A DNA stretch of 64,000 nt, taken from NCBI GenBank assembly GCA_965214775.1, contig OZ243974.1, positions 1,664,001 to 1,728,000 of the forward strand, in the 5' to 3' direction. The stretch's first letter is position 1; every line of letters starts with the position of its first letter. The notes under the pieces were generated by a model. The model was not told where the DNA came from. It ran no database searches and saw only the letters and a list, made by a program, of their open reading frames with translations. Positions 1 to 10,299 of the stretch are shown one piece after another. The translations under genes and the position numbers were made by a program. Source of the stretch: Nitrosopumilus sp. GTDB lineage: Archaea; Thermoproteota; Nitrososphaeria; Nitrososphaerales; Nitrosopumilaceae.

Positions 1-2
1 TT

Positions 3-146
3 ACCATGCCGTTTGGCGGAACTGCCAAGGATCTAAACTATTTCATGCAGATAATCACGGGTCTTGAGAACCTCAAGACTATGCTGAAAAGGAAAAAACA
101 CTATGGCCAGCTGCTGCAACAGCTGCATCTGCTGCCAGACACATGA
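3..146 (+). CDS. C-terminal end of a probable IS5-family (ISL2-like) transposase, 5' part outside the window
   Basis: Open frame TMPFGGTAKDLNYFMQIITGLENLK...* resembles DDE_Tnp_4 C-termini; followed at 331-350 by the same terminal repeat as MITE-A. Confidence 0.45.
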   Translation, partial: TMPFGGTAKDLNYFMQIITGLENLKTMLKRKKHYGQLLQQLHLLPDT

Positions 147-330
147 CATACGGCGGTACGGACCGCCATTCTTTCTGACTTGTCAAAGGGGCACATTGCC
201 GTGCTGCATGGTTGCGCACGTTCTTTTGGCGCAACTGGCTTTTACGTGCGTCATGACACGAGATGCATGCGGTAATTTGATCCGATCAGCGCATTTGCGT
301 TTGGAAAAGCCTACGGAATTTTTAATCACG

Positions 331-350
331 GTCGATTACGCATAAAGTCT
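331..350. repeat. Right terminal inverted repeat of the MITE-A family (GTCGATTACGCATAAAGTCT)
   Basis: Matches the ends of the 77-78 bp elements at 3348, 36121 and 52449. Confidence 0.8.
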
Positions 351-483
351 CTTAATCACGCGAATCCTCTACACACAAAAAGAAGGGAATTTCCCAAATA
401 CAAAAGCTATAGAGCGCAAGAAAACACATTTGCCTGCAGTGGCATTGCAGATGCGTCTGGCATGTTGTGTACGCGCAGGTTGC

Positions 484-575
484 TGTAGTCAATACATAAA
501 AAAATGGAATGCGATTTTGACACATCGTGCCTATTTTACCAAAAAAATATTCCATTTTCAACTGCACGCACTATG
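484..575. mobile_element. MITE-D copy (~90 bp)
   Basis: Near-identical to 59673-59764; related to 10890-10999 and 57603-57694. Confidence 0.75.
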
Positions 576-673
576 CGATTTGCCTATGGGCAAAACAAAC
601 ATGCTATTAGACCCGTCTGATGAAAAGCTAAAAGAACATGCTGCCCAGCCAAATCCCCTCTGACTATTTTTTT

Positions 674-1123
674 TTACAATTCTTTTGTAAAAGACTGCGC
701 AGATTGTGAAAATCCCATGGATTTGTAGAATCGATGAGCTTGACTGCGTTGGTTTCCGGATTCCAGTCTTATTCTATGACAATTTTTCTTTTTTCCAACC
801 TGAATACAAAAACTAATCAGCTTGGAACCAATCCCTGATTTTTGATATTTTTTGCGAACAACCAGTTCTGGAACGTATAGCTCCGGCGTCTTTTGATTTA
901 ATCTGGTCAAAAAGACAATGCTGAGCATTCCGACTATCTCCACATCATCAAGCACGGCAACCAGTATTTTTTTATCAGAATCAGAGATGTACTGTTTGGC
1001 CAGTCTTCTAAACGAATCGACATCTGAATCGACCTGAGGCTCCGGCCTGCCTAGCTCGTACAACAATCCCAGCAAAATCGGAACATCCACGTCCGAGGCC
1101 TCACGAATTGAAATTTTCTGCAC
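674..1123 (-). CDS. GNAT family N-acetyltransferase
   Basis: Motif A LVVRKKYQKSGIGSKL, C-terminal AHRFYKSMGF. Confidence 0.9.
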   Translation of the reverse strand: MQKISIREASDVDVPILLGLLYELGRPEPQVDSDVDSFRRLAKQYISDSDKKILVAVLDDVEIVGMLSIVFLTRLNQKTPELYVPELVVRKKYQKSGIGSKLISFCIQVGKKKNCHRIRLESGNQRSQAHRFYKSMGFSQSAQSFTKEL

Positions 1124-1224
1124 TAGAAACCTACTGCATTACTGCTTAATAATCTGATGAAAAAATCAAATATCAAAGACGTCCCTTCATATTGGTTTTT
1201 TAGTAGTCAGATAGCTGCAGTGTC

Positions 1225-2997
1225 ATGGAAGAGTACGAGCTTGGAAGATGGGATTTGTCTGATCTTGCAAAGAATCCGAAAGGCCCTCAGTTTCAAAGGC
1301 AGGTAACTGAACTAGAGAATCTTGCCAAGAACTTTGAGAAAATCAAGACAAAACTAGATCCCAAAATGTCTTCAAAAAGATTCATGACAATCTTACGGGA
1401 TGTGGAAGATATTTCTGAAAAGATGAGCAGGATTGTAGGCTATGCATCCCTGTCATATTCAGCCGATACGCAGTCTGATGAAGCAACATCTCTGATGACC
1501 AGGATGTCAAAGCTGGGTTCGGAGATTTCAAACAAGGTTCTGTTCTTTGACTTGTGGTGGAAGACCCAGGTTGATGAAAAAAATGCCAGGAGACTCATGA
1601 AAGATGCAGGGGAGCTGATTGAATATCTGCAACACAAGAGACTGTTTGCAAAATACGCATTAAGCGAACCCGAAGAAAGAATCATCAATACGCTGGATGT
1701 GACAGGAATTTCAGCGCTTGTAAAACTGTATGACAAGATTACAAATGCATTTGAATACAAAATGAGGATCGGAGGCAAAACCAGGACAATGACAAGAGAA
1801 GAACTTACAAACTATGTCAGAAGCACAAATCCAAAAATCAGAGAAGATGCATACAAGACAATTCTGACAAAATACGCCGAAAACAAGGGCGTAGTGGGTG
1901 AAATTTATCAAAACATCGTTCTTAATTGGAGGGATGAGGGAATTGATATCAGGGGTTATGACAGCCCAATATCGATGCGCAACATTGGAAATGACGTGGA
2001 TGACAAGACAATCAAATCGCTACTTTCTGTATGCAGAAGAAACTCTCCGGTATTTCAAAAGTTCTTTGTGCAAAAAGCAAGGATGCTCAAGGCAAAAAAA
2101 CTACGCAGATACGATCTGTACGCGCCTGCAGCGGCAGACATCAGGGAGAGGAGATATTCCTACGACAAATCGGTAAGACTGGTTTTTGAGTCACTTGGCA
2201 AATTCAGCGATACACTGGAAGATTTTGCAAGAAGGGTGTTCAAAGAAAACCACATAGACTCCTCAATTCGGCATGGAAAAAGAGACGGGGCATTTTGTAG
2301 CACACTTTCTCCAAAGATTACGCCATATGTTTTAGTCAATTTTACCGGAAAATCACGGGATGTCTTTACTCTGGCCCACGAGTTGGGCCATGCAGTACAC
2401 AGCCAGGCAGCTCAGGACAGATCAATTCTTGTCCAGGATGCGCCGTTGCCTCTAGCTGAGACTGCATCCACATTCTCAGAATTATTGCTGTACGATAACC
2501 TGTCAGGCAGGATTTCAGACGACGAGAAGAAAATCATGCTGTCTGAGAAAATTGATGATCTTTACGCAACAATCCTCCGCCAATCGTTTTTCACAATTTT
2601 TGAAGTTGATGCACACAGGAAAATTGCAGATGGCACAACAACTGACGAAATCTCCAAAACATATCTGGAGAGTTTGAAAGAGCAGTTTGGTAATTCGGTA
2701 AGGATGTCTGATGACTTTGCAATTGAATGGAGCTGTATTCCCCACTTTTATCACACACCGTTTTACTGCTATGCATATTCGTTTGGAAACCTCCTTGCAT
2801 TGTCACTATTCCAGAGATACAAAAAGGAGGGAGAGGACTTTGTCCCGTCATACACAAGCATCCTGGCAGCCGGCGGTTCAAGGAAACCAGAAAAACTGCT
2901 TGCCGAATACGGCTTTGACATTAGATCCCCAAAATTCTGGCAAGAGGGATTTGACTATATCGGTGAGCAGGTAAAAGCGTTGTCAAAACTAGGCTAG
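1225..2997 (+). CDS. pepF: M3 family oligoendopeptidase F
   Basis: HELGH zinc motif, GKRDGAFC, AETASTFSE, IPHFYHTPFYCYAY. Confidence 0.93.
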   Translation: MEEYELGRWDLSDLAKNPKGPQFQRQVTELENLAKNFEKIKTKLDPKMSSKRFMTILRDVEDISEKMSRIVGYASLSYSADTQSDEATSLMTRMSKLGSEISNKVLFFDLWWKTQVDEKNARRLMKDAGELIEYLQHKRLFAKYALSEPEERIINTLDVTGISALVKLYDKITNAFEYKMRIGGKTRTMTREELTNYVRSTNPKIREDAYKTILTKYAENKGVVGEIYQNIVLNWRDEGIDIRGYDSPISMRNIGNDVDDKTIKSLLSVCRRNSPVFQKFFVQKARMLKAKKLRRYDLYAPAAADIRERRYSYDKSVRLVFESLGKFSDTLEDFARRVFKENHIDSSIRHGKRDGAFCSTLSPKITPYVLVNFTGKSRDVFTLAHELGHAVHSQAAQDRSILVQDAPLPLAETASTFSELLLYDNLSGRISDDEKKIMLSEKIDDLYATILRQSFFTIFEVDAHRKIADGTTTDEISKTYLESLKEQFGNSVRMSDDFAIEWSCIPHFYHTPFYCYAYSFGNLLALSLFQRYKKEGEDFVPSYTSILAAGGSRKPEKLLAEYGFDIRSPKFWQEGFDYIGEQVKALSKLG

Positions 2998-3347
2998 GCT
3001 TTAAAATTAATGGGGCTGACAGTCCAACGCAAGGACTGCCAGCTTGTTCCCCGAACGGTTTGAATTCGATGTCACTGGTGCGTCACAAGTTATCTGATTT
3101 AAACCTTTGAAATTGTTTGCAGTATGTCATGAATCGGTCTAGGGTCGTGACCTCCTCCTCCCTTCTTCTACTACTAATACTCGGCGCTTTCTGCCAATCT
3201 CATAAGAAAAAGCTTTCATGTCTTGTCTGCTGTACACTCCAAGATCAGCAGGATTTGCCGACATTATGTTGTCGTGTGTTGCCTTGTCTGCAAGACGTTG
3301 TATTGCCGAATCAGGTACTGTGCTGTCTGATGAATTTTTTGTTTCTA

Positions 3348-3424
3348 GACTTTATGCGTAATCGATTCAAAACTAGGATTGTTACGAACAAATCCTCTTA
3401 TTCAGGTCGATTACGCATAATGTC
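3348..3424. mobile_element. MITE-A (77 bp)
   Basis: TIRs GACTTTATGCGTAATCGA / TCGATTACGCATAATGTC, flanked by TA; homologous copies at 36121 and 52449. Confidence 0.88.
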
Positions 3425-3602
3425 TAATGCCCCAACTACGGCAATCAATGAAAAGATCGGATCCTGAAATATACCGGCTAGAAACGGAATTGGAGCCATT
3501 TTGCTCGTAATTTTTCTCAAATATCTGATATTATCTAGGGACAGCGGTTTTTCAGAAAAAGAAATTAACGGCCAACAGTGCGAGGAGGCTCTGAACTGAA
3601 AC

Positions 3603-4814
3603 ATGCGTAAATTTAATAATTTAATCCCAAGGGGACTATTTATGCGACAAAAAAAAATGATGATTTTCTCAGTAATTGCACTGGTTTTTTCATATTCGGG
3701 AGGATCTGCCTTTGCTCAAGAGCCAGGTCTGGCAACATACCACGAGACTGCCCAAGTCCTTGTTGATAAAAGCATGTCACAAAACGTAACTGCCTCAATA
3801 ACGCTTCAAAGCACCAGCATTCAAGAGATTAGAATACCATATGATCTCGAAGGAGACATTAGAGAAGACGGCAAAGTCATAGCAATGGTCGTTACAAATC
3901 AAGACCGATGCGTTCTGGGCGTTTTTGACATGTCATGTGTCATGATTAATGTTGAGCGTGACCCTGCAGACAAAGGAATTCTCGAAATTCAGGACTCGTC
4001 CAAAGAAATAGGAAACCAATACATTGACAGAATTAACAAAGTTTTTGGGACAGAGGCAACACTGCATTCGGTTTTTGTTCACAGCGATGATCAGTCAAAC
4101 CAGGCACTGGGAACATCGGGAATAATCTCAGGAAGAGGTGCAATCTCCGTAGTATATACGATGCCAATGGAGGATACAGGCTCCATGTATGAAAAAATTT
4201 CAGCACTGCTGCTTCCAAAAGAGATTCGAGAGTCGGGGGGATTTTACAGTGTGGCAAGAGAACTATCAAATCAGGAAAATGCCAAAGTAACCTTCTCCCT
4301 GATTCCGGCGGACTCACATTCGCTAATGCAATTAAAACTGTCAGTTGATTATCCCGGGGAGGCCACAGATCTTTCACAAATTAGCCCGTTTGAATTTCTC
4401 AAGATAGAAGAATTGGCCAGATCAGACTACTTTTCAGGGGGATTCTATCCGCTAAACTCTTTGGTGCAGGTAGTAGTGCTGTCCCCTGGCAATTCAGCCG
4501 TTTCAGACGTTGCAGGAGATCAAGTCCCGACTCAGACTGTGGATAACGAAAAAATTCCGACTGACATTACAAAACAAGGATGGATTTTTGATCCCAAGGA
4601 AGGACAGATAATCCAAGGAATGTACATTTTCGGAGAAGAGACTCTGATTAGCAGGGATGATTTGATATTCGCATTGGACGGTTCAGCAGTTGAAAATCCG
4701 CCACCAGAACCCGCAGAATTTGATGATTCGGTTGCAATTGTTGCCGCTATTACTGCAGTAGCAATAGCATCAGCCGTATTTTATTTGAAAGGGTACAAAA
4801 GGCAGTCACAATAG
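3603..4814 (+). CDS. Secreted, C-terminally membrane-anchored hypothetical protein (start may be 3642)
   Basis: Signal peptide ending AFA-Q; C-terminal hydrophobic helix followed by basic tail. Confidence 0.8.
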   Translation: MRKFNNLIPRGLFMRQKKMMIFSVIALVFSYSGGSAFAQEPGLATYHETAQVLVDKSMSQNVTASITLQSTSIQEIRIPYDLEGDIREDGKVIAMVVTNQDRCVLGVFDMSCVMINVERDPADKGILEIQDSSKEIGNQYIDRINKVFGTEATLHSVFVHSDDQSNQALGTSGIISGRGAISVVYTMPMEDTGSMYEKISALLLPKEIRESGGFYSVARELSNQENAKVTFSLIPADSHSLMQLKLSVDYPGEATDLSQISPFEFLKIEELARSDYFSGGFYPLNSLVQVVVLSPGNSAVSDVAGDQVPTQTVDNEKIPTDITKQGWIFDPKEGQIIQGMYIFGEETLISRDDLIFALDGSAVENPPPEPAEFDDSVAIVAAITAVAIASAVFYLKGYKRQSQ

Positions 4815-5357
4815 CAAGACTGCTGCGGCAAACACGGTAGTCCATTTGCCATCCTTGTTGCCGCGAGCTACCGAAGTGATGTTTTGAGTCTTGTAAATTT
4901 CGCCTGAAATTTTCCATTGCTGGCGTTTCTCATCCCAGTTTTTGTCAACATCAAAAGGAATGCCCAGCGAAGATGCAAGCATTTGTGCTGCAATATCCTC
5001 TGCATAATCGCCTGCTTGCGTCTGATTTTGTCCAAAGGATTCGTACTCGGATAGATAGCCATATTTGCTCTTGTCTTTTGGTTGTGCCACCCCGACAGAT
5101 GCACTGCACATCCTGTGCGGCTCTCTTGTTTGGTTTTTAGAATAAATCGTAAACAGTATCTGTCCTGGGGAGATCTGTCTGAGTCCCTCTTTTCTTGAAA
5201 CGAGTCTGGCATTTGGGGGAAATATGCTTGAGATCAAAACAACGTTGGTTCCGGCAATTCCTGCATCCCTTAGGGCATACTCGAAACTTGTTAAGCGGTC
5301 CTCATGAACTCCTTTTCCTTTTGTCAAGAACAATTTCTTTGCAACCAAGTCAAGCAA
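4806..5357 (-). CDS. pdaD: Pyruvoyl-dependent arginine decarboxylase
   Basis: SFEYALRDAGIA-N-V-ISSIFPP self-cleavage motif, YGYLSEY, WTTVFAAAV. Confidence 0.9.
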   Translation of the reverse strand: MLDLVAKKLFLTKGKGVHEDRLTSFEYALRDAGIAGTNVVLISSIFPPNARLVSRKEGLRQISPGQILFTIYSKNQTREPHRMCSASVGVAQPKDKSKYGYLSEYESFGQNQTQAGDYAEDIAAQMLASSLGIPFDVDKNWDEKRQQWKISGEIYKTQNITSVARGNKDGKWTTVFAAAVLLL

Positions 5358-5422
5358 TTCTGAATTGATGAAAGAGGGTCATTATTTATACTTTAATTCA
5401 GACCGGTTGCTCGGCAATCCTG

Positions 5423-5647
5423 TCAGTCTTTTCTCTTTTTCTTTTTTCTTTTGTCCGGAGCCCTGTCTTTTTGTGTCAGGAAGACAAATGTGAACAGTGC
5501 ACCAAGACCGATGTTGACAACCCCCATGAATGTGATAAACATTGTAAACTGTGGCGAGGAGTTTAGCCCCATGAAGATGCCAATGGAGCCTGTAACATAG
5601 AACATTCCCATCAAAAGTTTCAGCCGCACGGGATCAATGTATCTCAT
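5423..5647 (-). CDS. Small two-TM membrane protein
   Basis: Two hydrophobic segments and a Lys-rich tail. Confidence 0.7.
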   Translation of the reverse strand: MRYIDPVRLKLLMGMFYVTGSIGIFMGLNSSPQFTMFITFMGVVNIGLGALFTFVFLTQKDRAPDKRKKKKRKD

Positions 5648-5770
5648 ATGATCTATCAGTTGGGGGGAATATTATAAGCTGACGCATCATCATTCAGGTG
5701 GGAGTCCCTTGATTGTCTGAAACGACTTCAGGCAACACTTTAAAGCTTCAAATCTTTTATTTTATTTCGT

Positions 5771-5845
5771 GCCAATGTAGCTCAGCCTGGCCAGAGCATT
5801 CGCCTTGTAAGCGAAAGGTCATGGGTTCAGATCCCATCATTGGCT
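5771..5845 (+). tRNA. tRNA-Thr(UGU)
   Basis: Acceptor stem GCCAATG/CATTGGC, anticodon loop CTTGTAA, T-arm GGTTCAGATCC; TTTAAA about 30 bp upstream. Confidence 0.95.
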
Positions 5846-6123
5846 TAATCTCACTTTGAGAGAGCCAGAAAATAACAAACAAGGATCTGATGATTTTCAG
5901 TCACGGATATTCAAAAATAAAGATTAGAGATAACATCAAAAAGGTCAGTGTCACGTTGGGGATCTTTGTTAACTAGATGGGATCATAACAAAATGCGAGA
6001 ATCGAGAGTTTACTCCTCAGATGACACTACTGGCCGGAGCATTGTTGATCACTCTTGTTGTGCCGTCTCATTGGAGGGGCAAACTTTTTTCCGAGAATCA
6101 TTCTCAAAATATATAAATAGAAT

Positions 6124-6774
6124 ATGATTTTGGAACAAATATTGGTTAGAGTATTAGACGTTGGGTCTACTACTGTCATTCATTTTCAAACAAAGTATCC
6201 CACATTTTCAGCATTAGAGTTTGACAAAATTTTATCAGATTTAGAATACCAATCAAAGATAGTTAATAATCCAACAGGCACAAACCCCCCGCAATCAAAA
6301 GTGTATTCAAAAGAAAACACAGTGATAAATTTTAACCATGTCAATAACGTGTTGACGTTTACATTATTCAACACAATCAGCCTAACAGAAATTTACAAAG
6401 ACATTACAGAAATTATGGCTCTTTTAAAAATCGATCATGATGCAATCCAATTGATGGGATTAAAATGTACAACTAGAGCACATGATGTTGGAGATCCTGA
6501 AAAAAGACTATCGGGGTTACTTAATTCAGATATAGTAGAAAAACTATCAGAAACTATAAACCATGAACCGGGAATTGCATCATTGGTTTTAGTGAACAAA
6601 TATCCAGTTGACGAAGACTTACAAATCAGATTAGAACCATTGGCATCCAACCCCAAAGAGTCATTTTATCTAGAGATTGCGTATAAGACAAGTAAGCACG
6701 ATAAGTTCGATCAATATATTACAGAGTTTGGGATAAAGAAGATAGAGGATATCTGTACAATAGGTGATGCATAA
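6124..6774 (+). CDS. Hypothetical protein in an AT-rich islet
   Basis: 216-aa ORF, stop overlaps the next start. Confidence 0.75.
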   Translation: MILEQILVRVLDVGSTTVIHFQTKYPTFSALEFDKILSDLEYQSKIVNNPTGTNPPQSKVYSKENTVINFNHVNNVLTFTLFNTISLTEIYKDITEIMALLKIDHDAIQLMGLKCTTRAHDVGDPEKRLSGLLNSDIVEKLSETINHEPGIASLVLVNKYPVDEDLQIRLEPLASNPKESFYLEIAYKTSKHDKFDQYITEFGIKKIEDICTIGDA

Positions 6775-7010
6775 TGTTCAAATCAGTCAGAACACACATA
6801 GAGAAATCAGAATATACAAACATTGTTCCTGTATTTCAGTTCAAATCAGCATTAGAATTATCTAAAACAGACAGTCACAACTTAGAGAGCATAAACAGAC
6901 TAGAGAGAGATTTAGAATTAGAAGATGTTGCCGAGTACTATTCCGGAAAAGAAATTCCAAGACATTTCAAATCAGCTGAAGAATTAATTAAGGATCTGGA
7001 TTCAGAATAA
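6774..7010 (+). CDS. Putative antitoxin
   Basis: Small acidic protein ending FKSAEELIKDLDSE, typical of RelB/DinJ-type C-termini; directly upstream of a toxin. Confidence 0.6.
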   Translation: MFKSVRTHIEKSEYTNIVPVFQFKSALELSKTDSHNLESINRLERDLELEDVAEYYSGKEIPRHFKSAEELIKDLDSE

Positions 7011-7014
7011 AAAA

Positions 7015-7272
7015 TTGTGGGAATTTGAACGAAAGTCAAAATTCAAACAGCAGTATAAGAAATTCCAAGACAAAGAATCCATAAAGAACGCAATTAGAGA
7101 ATTAGGAAAATTAGAAAAGCCAGAAACATTAGGCAAATATAAAAGACATCTAAAGGTTTACGGATACAAATTGGATGCCAGTAACAGGCTATTGTGTAAT
7201 GTACGACACTCATACAATACAATAGAATTGATCAGAGTAGGCAACCATAAAGAAGTCTATGGTAAAGGATGA
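7015..7272 (+). CDS. RelE/YafQ-like toxin
   Basis: Basic 85 aa, N-terminal FKQQYKK, C-terminal LIRVGNHKEVY. Confidence 0.75.
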   Translation: MWEFERKSKFKQQYKKFQDKESIKNAIRELGKLEKPETLGKYKRHLKVYGYKLDASNRLLCNVRHSYNTIELIRVGNHKEVYGKG

Positions 7273-7473
7273 GCAGGCCCTTGGCCGATCAGCAGACGCC
7301 CATCATCAGCTCCGAATTTCAGCCAAGTGAAAAGTACCATGAAATCGAGTAAAACAGAAACTGGGCAGGGGGCACTATGCCTCAATATCAGGACAAAACA
7401 ACAAATCTCATTTACATCTCACTTGGCCGAATTTGGCAATACGATTAAGTAGCCAAATTCCTCAACAACTTCA

Positions 7474-8289
7474 ATGAGCTCTGAGGATTCTGAACCAAGC
7501 ACATCTCCTGGTTCGAACGATAGATCACCGAACCATGGCCTGGTCATCGGGCTGGTTGTCGCAGTAGGCACAGCTGCCTTTTTTGCAGGAATGCACCTCT
7601 CAAACTCTGATCAGATGATAACACAGGAGGATCTTGATGATGCAATCTCCAACTTGGAGTTAAAGATGCTTCAAAACCAATTACCGACACAGCGGCCACA
7701 ACAGCCTCCTCCTCAGATGCTGATGCCAAAAAACATCTCGGCTGATGATGATCCAGTCATCGGGGATCCGAATGCGCCAATTGCGATCATCGAATTCTCG
7801 GATTTTGAGTGCCCGTTTTGCGCAAGATTCCATGTGCAAACGTTGCCTGCACTCATGACAGAATATATCAATGACGGCAAAGTCAAGCTCGTGTTCAGGG
7901 ACTTTCCAATCCAAAGCATTCATCCCAACGCATTATCCGCATCAGCTGCTGCTGAATGCGCAGATGAGCAAGGCAGGTTCAGGGAGATGCATGATGCGTT
8001 ATTTGACAACCAGGGCCATTGGAGTAATGCAGAGACAGTTGATGCCATGGCATTGTTCATGCAGTATGCAAGTGCAATGGAACTAGAGCAAGAGCAGTTT
8101 GATTCCTGCTTGACGAATGGAAAATACGTCGATGAGATCAGGGGTGACTTGAGCGATGGAAGGGACTACGGGGTTGCAGGCACGCCTGGGTTCTTTATAG
8201 GAAATGACGAAATAGGATACGTTGAACTAAAAGGCGCACAGCCTTTTGAGAGTTTTAAAAAAGTCATTGATGCCCAGCTGGGCCTGTAA
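7474..8289 (+). CDS. DsbA-family thiol-disulfide oxidoreductase
   Basis: EFSDFECPFC, GVAGTPGF cis-Pro loop, N-terminal TM. Confidence 0.92.
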   Translation: MSSEDSEPSTSPGSNDRSPNHGLVIGLVVAVGTAAFFAGMHLSNSDQMITQEDLDDAISNLELKMLQNQLPTQRPQQPPPQMLMPKNISADDDPVIGDPNAPIAIIEFSDFECPFCARFHVQTLPALMTEYINDGKVKLVFRDFPIQSIHPNALSASAAAECADEQGRFREMHDALFDNQGHWSNAETVDAMALFMQYASAMELEQEQFDSCLTNGKYVDEIRGDLSDGRDYGVAGTPGFFIGNDEIGYVELKGAQPFESFKKVIDAQLGL

Positions 8290-8293
8290 AAAA

Positions 8294-8418
8294 CAGCCTT
8301 CCCAAAAGTAACCCAAAAAGCGGCTCCAATCCTGAAACAGTTCAAATCAGGCTTTTCTGCAGATCCGCACGTTGCCGTCTGCACCACCGCCACGAGTCAG
8401 CTACATCTGGGAAGACTG
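8294..8418. mobile_element. MITE-E (125 bp)
   Basis: TIRs CAGCCTTCCCA / TGGGAAGACTG, A-runs on both flanks; parts match 35970, 57700-57760 and 60225. Confidence 0.7.
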
Positions 8419-8529
8419 AAAAATAACAAGCGTTTATTAGACCACCTGAGAGGCTTGATTTATCGGAAATAATGACGTGTAAGCAGCAGCAATGAGCTTT
8501 ATCGTCGTTGCTTAAGAGAAGAAAACAAA

Positions 8530-9888
8530 ATGACAAAGTTCAAAGAATTAGGATTAAACGAAGAGATACTGAAAGGAATCAGGGATCTTGGATTTGAGGA
8601 GGCATTCCCAATTCAGGAGGCTGTAATTCCGGTTCTGCTTGCCGGAAGAGACGTCGTAGGACAAGCTCATACGGGTTCGGGAAAGACTGCAGCATTCTCA
8701 TTGTCCATGCTGCAAGAGATCAGGCCAAAGAACGGAATCCAGGGCCTCATCATGGCACCAACAAGAGAATTGGCAATGCAGATAACAGACGAGATTAAAA
8801 AGTTTGGAAGGCATACGGGAATCAGGGTTGCAGCCGTCTATGGCGGACAAGGAATGGGAATCCAGCTTGACGCGCTAGAGAGGGGCGTCGAGGTAGTTGT
8901 CGCAACGCCGGGAAGACTAATTGATCATCTCAAAAGAGGCTCAATTGAGTTACGAGATGTTACCCACATTGTCCTTGATGAGGCAGACACAATGCTTGAC
9001 ATGGGGTTTATTGACGACATCCAGTTCATTTTGGATTTGGCCCCTGAGGAGCGAGTAATGTCATTGTTTTCAGCCACAATGCCAACTGAGATTTTGAGAT
9101 TGTCAGAGGAGTACCTGAAAAATCCAAAGCAATTCCTCCTGGATGCAGACGATCTTAGTGGAGAGGGAATTGACCAGTCGTTTTTGGTCATAAAAGACAG
9201 AGACAAAGTCAAGTATCTAATTGACTTTATCAAACAAACAAAAGGACAATGCATAGTGTTTTGCTCAACCAAATACAGGACAAGAGACGTTCAAAGGTTC
9301 CTGCACAGGGAGAGGTTTGATGCAGTTGCAATTGAAGGAGACATGTCACAGCACAGAAGAGAGCAGTCCATGGCAAAATTCCGAAGTGGCAAAGCAGAGA
9401 TACTAGTTGCTACAGATGTGGCATCAAGGGGCATCGATGTTCCAAGAGTGGGACTGGTAATCAATTATGACGTTCCAAATCAAGAGATGACTTATTTTCA
9501 CAGAATTGGGAGAACTGCAAGAGCGGGGGCAGACGGCAAGGCAATCACATTTGTCTCATATTCCTCAGTGGGTGACTGGAGCCTGATTAAACGACAAATC
9601 AAAGTTCCGATCAAGGATCTGAATGAAGAGATGGGCATTGAAATTTCAATTCCGGACCCTCTGAAAAGAGAAATTCCGTCAAGAAGATTTGGCGGACAAT
9701 CTAGGGGAAATTATTCTAGAGGCGGAAGAGGCCGTTCTGGAGGTTACGGAAGGGGTGGCAGCAGAAGGCGAGACTCTAGAGACGACAGAGGCGGCAGGCG
9801 AAGGCGTAATGACCGAGGAGGCCGCAGTGGCAGTAGCGGTAGCAACAGCAGCAGCAGAAATAGCTACGGCGGTCGCAGCAGATGGTGA
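8530..9888 (+). CDS. DEAD-box RNA helicase with an RG-rich tail
   Basis: AHTGSGKT, PTRELA, DEAD, SAT and HRIGRTAR motifs. Confidence 0.96.
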   Translation: MTKFKELGLNEEILKGIRDLGFEEAFPIQEAVIPVLLAGRDVVGQAHTGSGKTAAFSLSMLQEIRPKNGIQGLIMAPTRELAMQITDEIKKFGRHTGIRVAAVYGGQGMGIQLDALERGVEVVVATPGRLIDHLKRGSIELRDVTHIVLDEADTMLDMGFIDDIQFILDLAPEERVMSLFSATMPTEILRLSEEYLKNPKQFLLDADDLSGEGIDQSFLVIKDRDKVKYLIDFIKQTKGQCIVFCSTKYRTRDVQRFLHRERFDAVAIEGDMSQHRREQSMAKFRSGKAEILVATDVASRGIDVPRVGLVINYDVPNQEMTYFHRIGRTARAGADGKAITFVSYSSVGDWSLIKRQIKVPIKDLNEEMGIEISIPDPLKREIPSRRFGGQSRGNYSRGGRGRSGGYGRGGSRRRDSRDDRGGRRRRNDRGGRSGSSGSNSSSRNSYGGRSRW

Positions 9889-9937
9889 CTAGTGTAAAAC
9901 TTAAAGGCCTGAACATGCTAAATTATTGTAAGGTAAA

Positions 9938-10174
9938 GTGACGTACAAGGGATTTGTTTTGTTAAACTGTGATCTGGGCGCAGAAGAATACATCGTAGAC
10001 GAACTAAAGCAGATGGAAAATGTAAGCAAGGCATACCTGACATTTGGAGCGTATGACGTAGTTGCAGAGATTGAGACTGACGATCAAGAGGGATTTGAAA
10101 AGGCAGTTTCGATAATTAGAAAATTATCCAGAGTTGTCAGCACGATGACGCTTAACGTAATTAATACAGAATAA
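9938..10174 (+). CDS. Lrp/AsnC ligand-binding domain protein
   Basis: AYLTFGAYDVVAEI and STMTL, stand-alone RAM domain. Confidence 0.85.
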   Translation: MTYKGFVLLNCDLGAEEYIVDELKQMENVSKAYLTFGAYDVVAEIETDDQEGFEKAVSIIRKLSRVVSTMTLNVINTE

Positions 10175-10224
10175 TATCGTCGTATGGGAATCTAAACGTG
10201 CCAATTCTCAGGAATTACGAGTTG

Positions 10225-10297
10225 CCTGTAAAATTACTTGACAAACATACCGAAAAATCCGGGCATTTACAGTTTCTAATTTCGGATCACCTCTCTG
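10225..10297. repeat. Lone end of a MITE-B family element
   Basis: GTTTCTAATTTCGGATCACCTCT as at 50326-50348; upstream part similar to 32995-33066. Confidence 0.7.
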
Positions 10298-10299
10298 CT

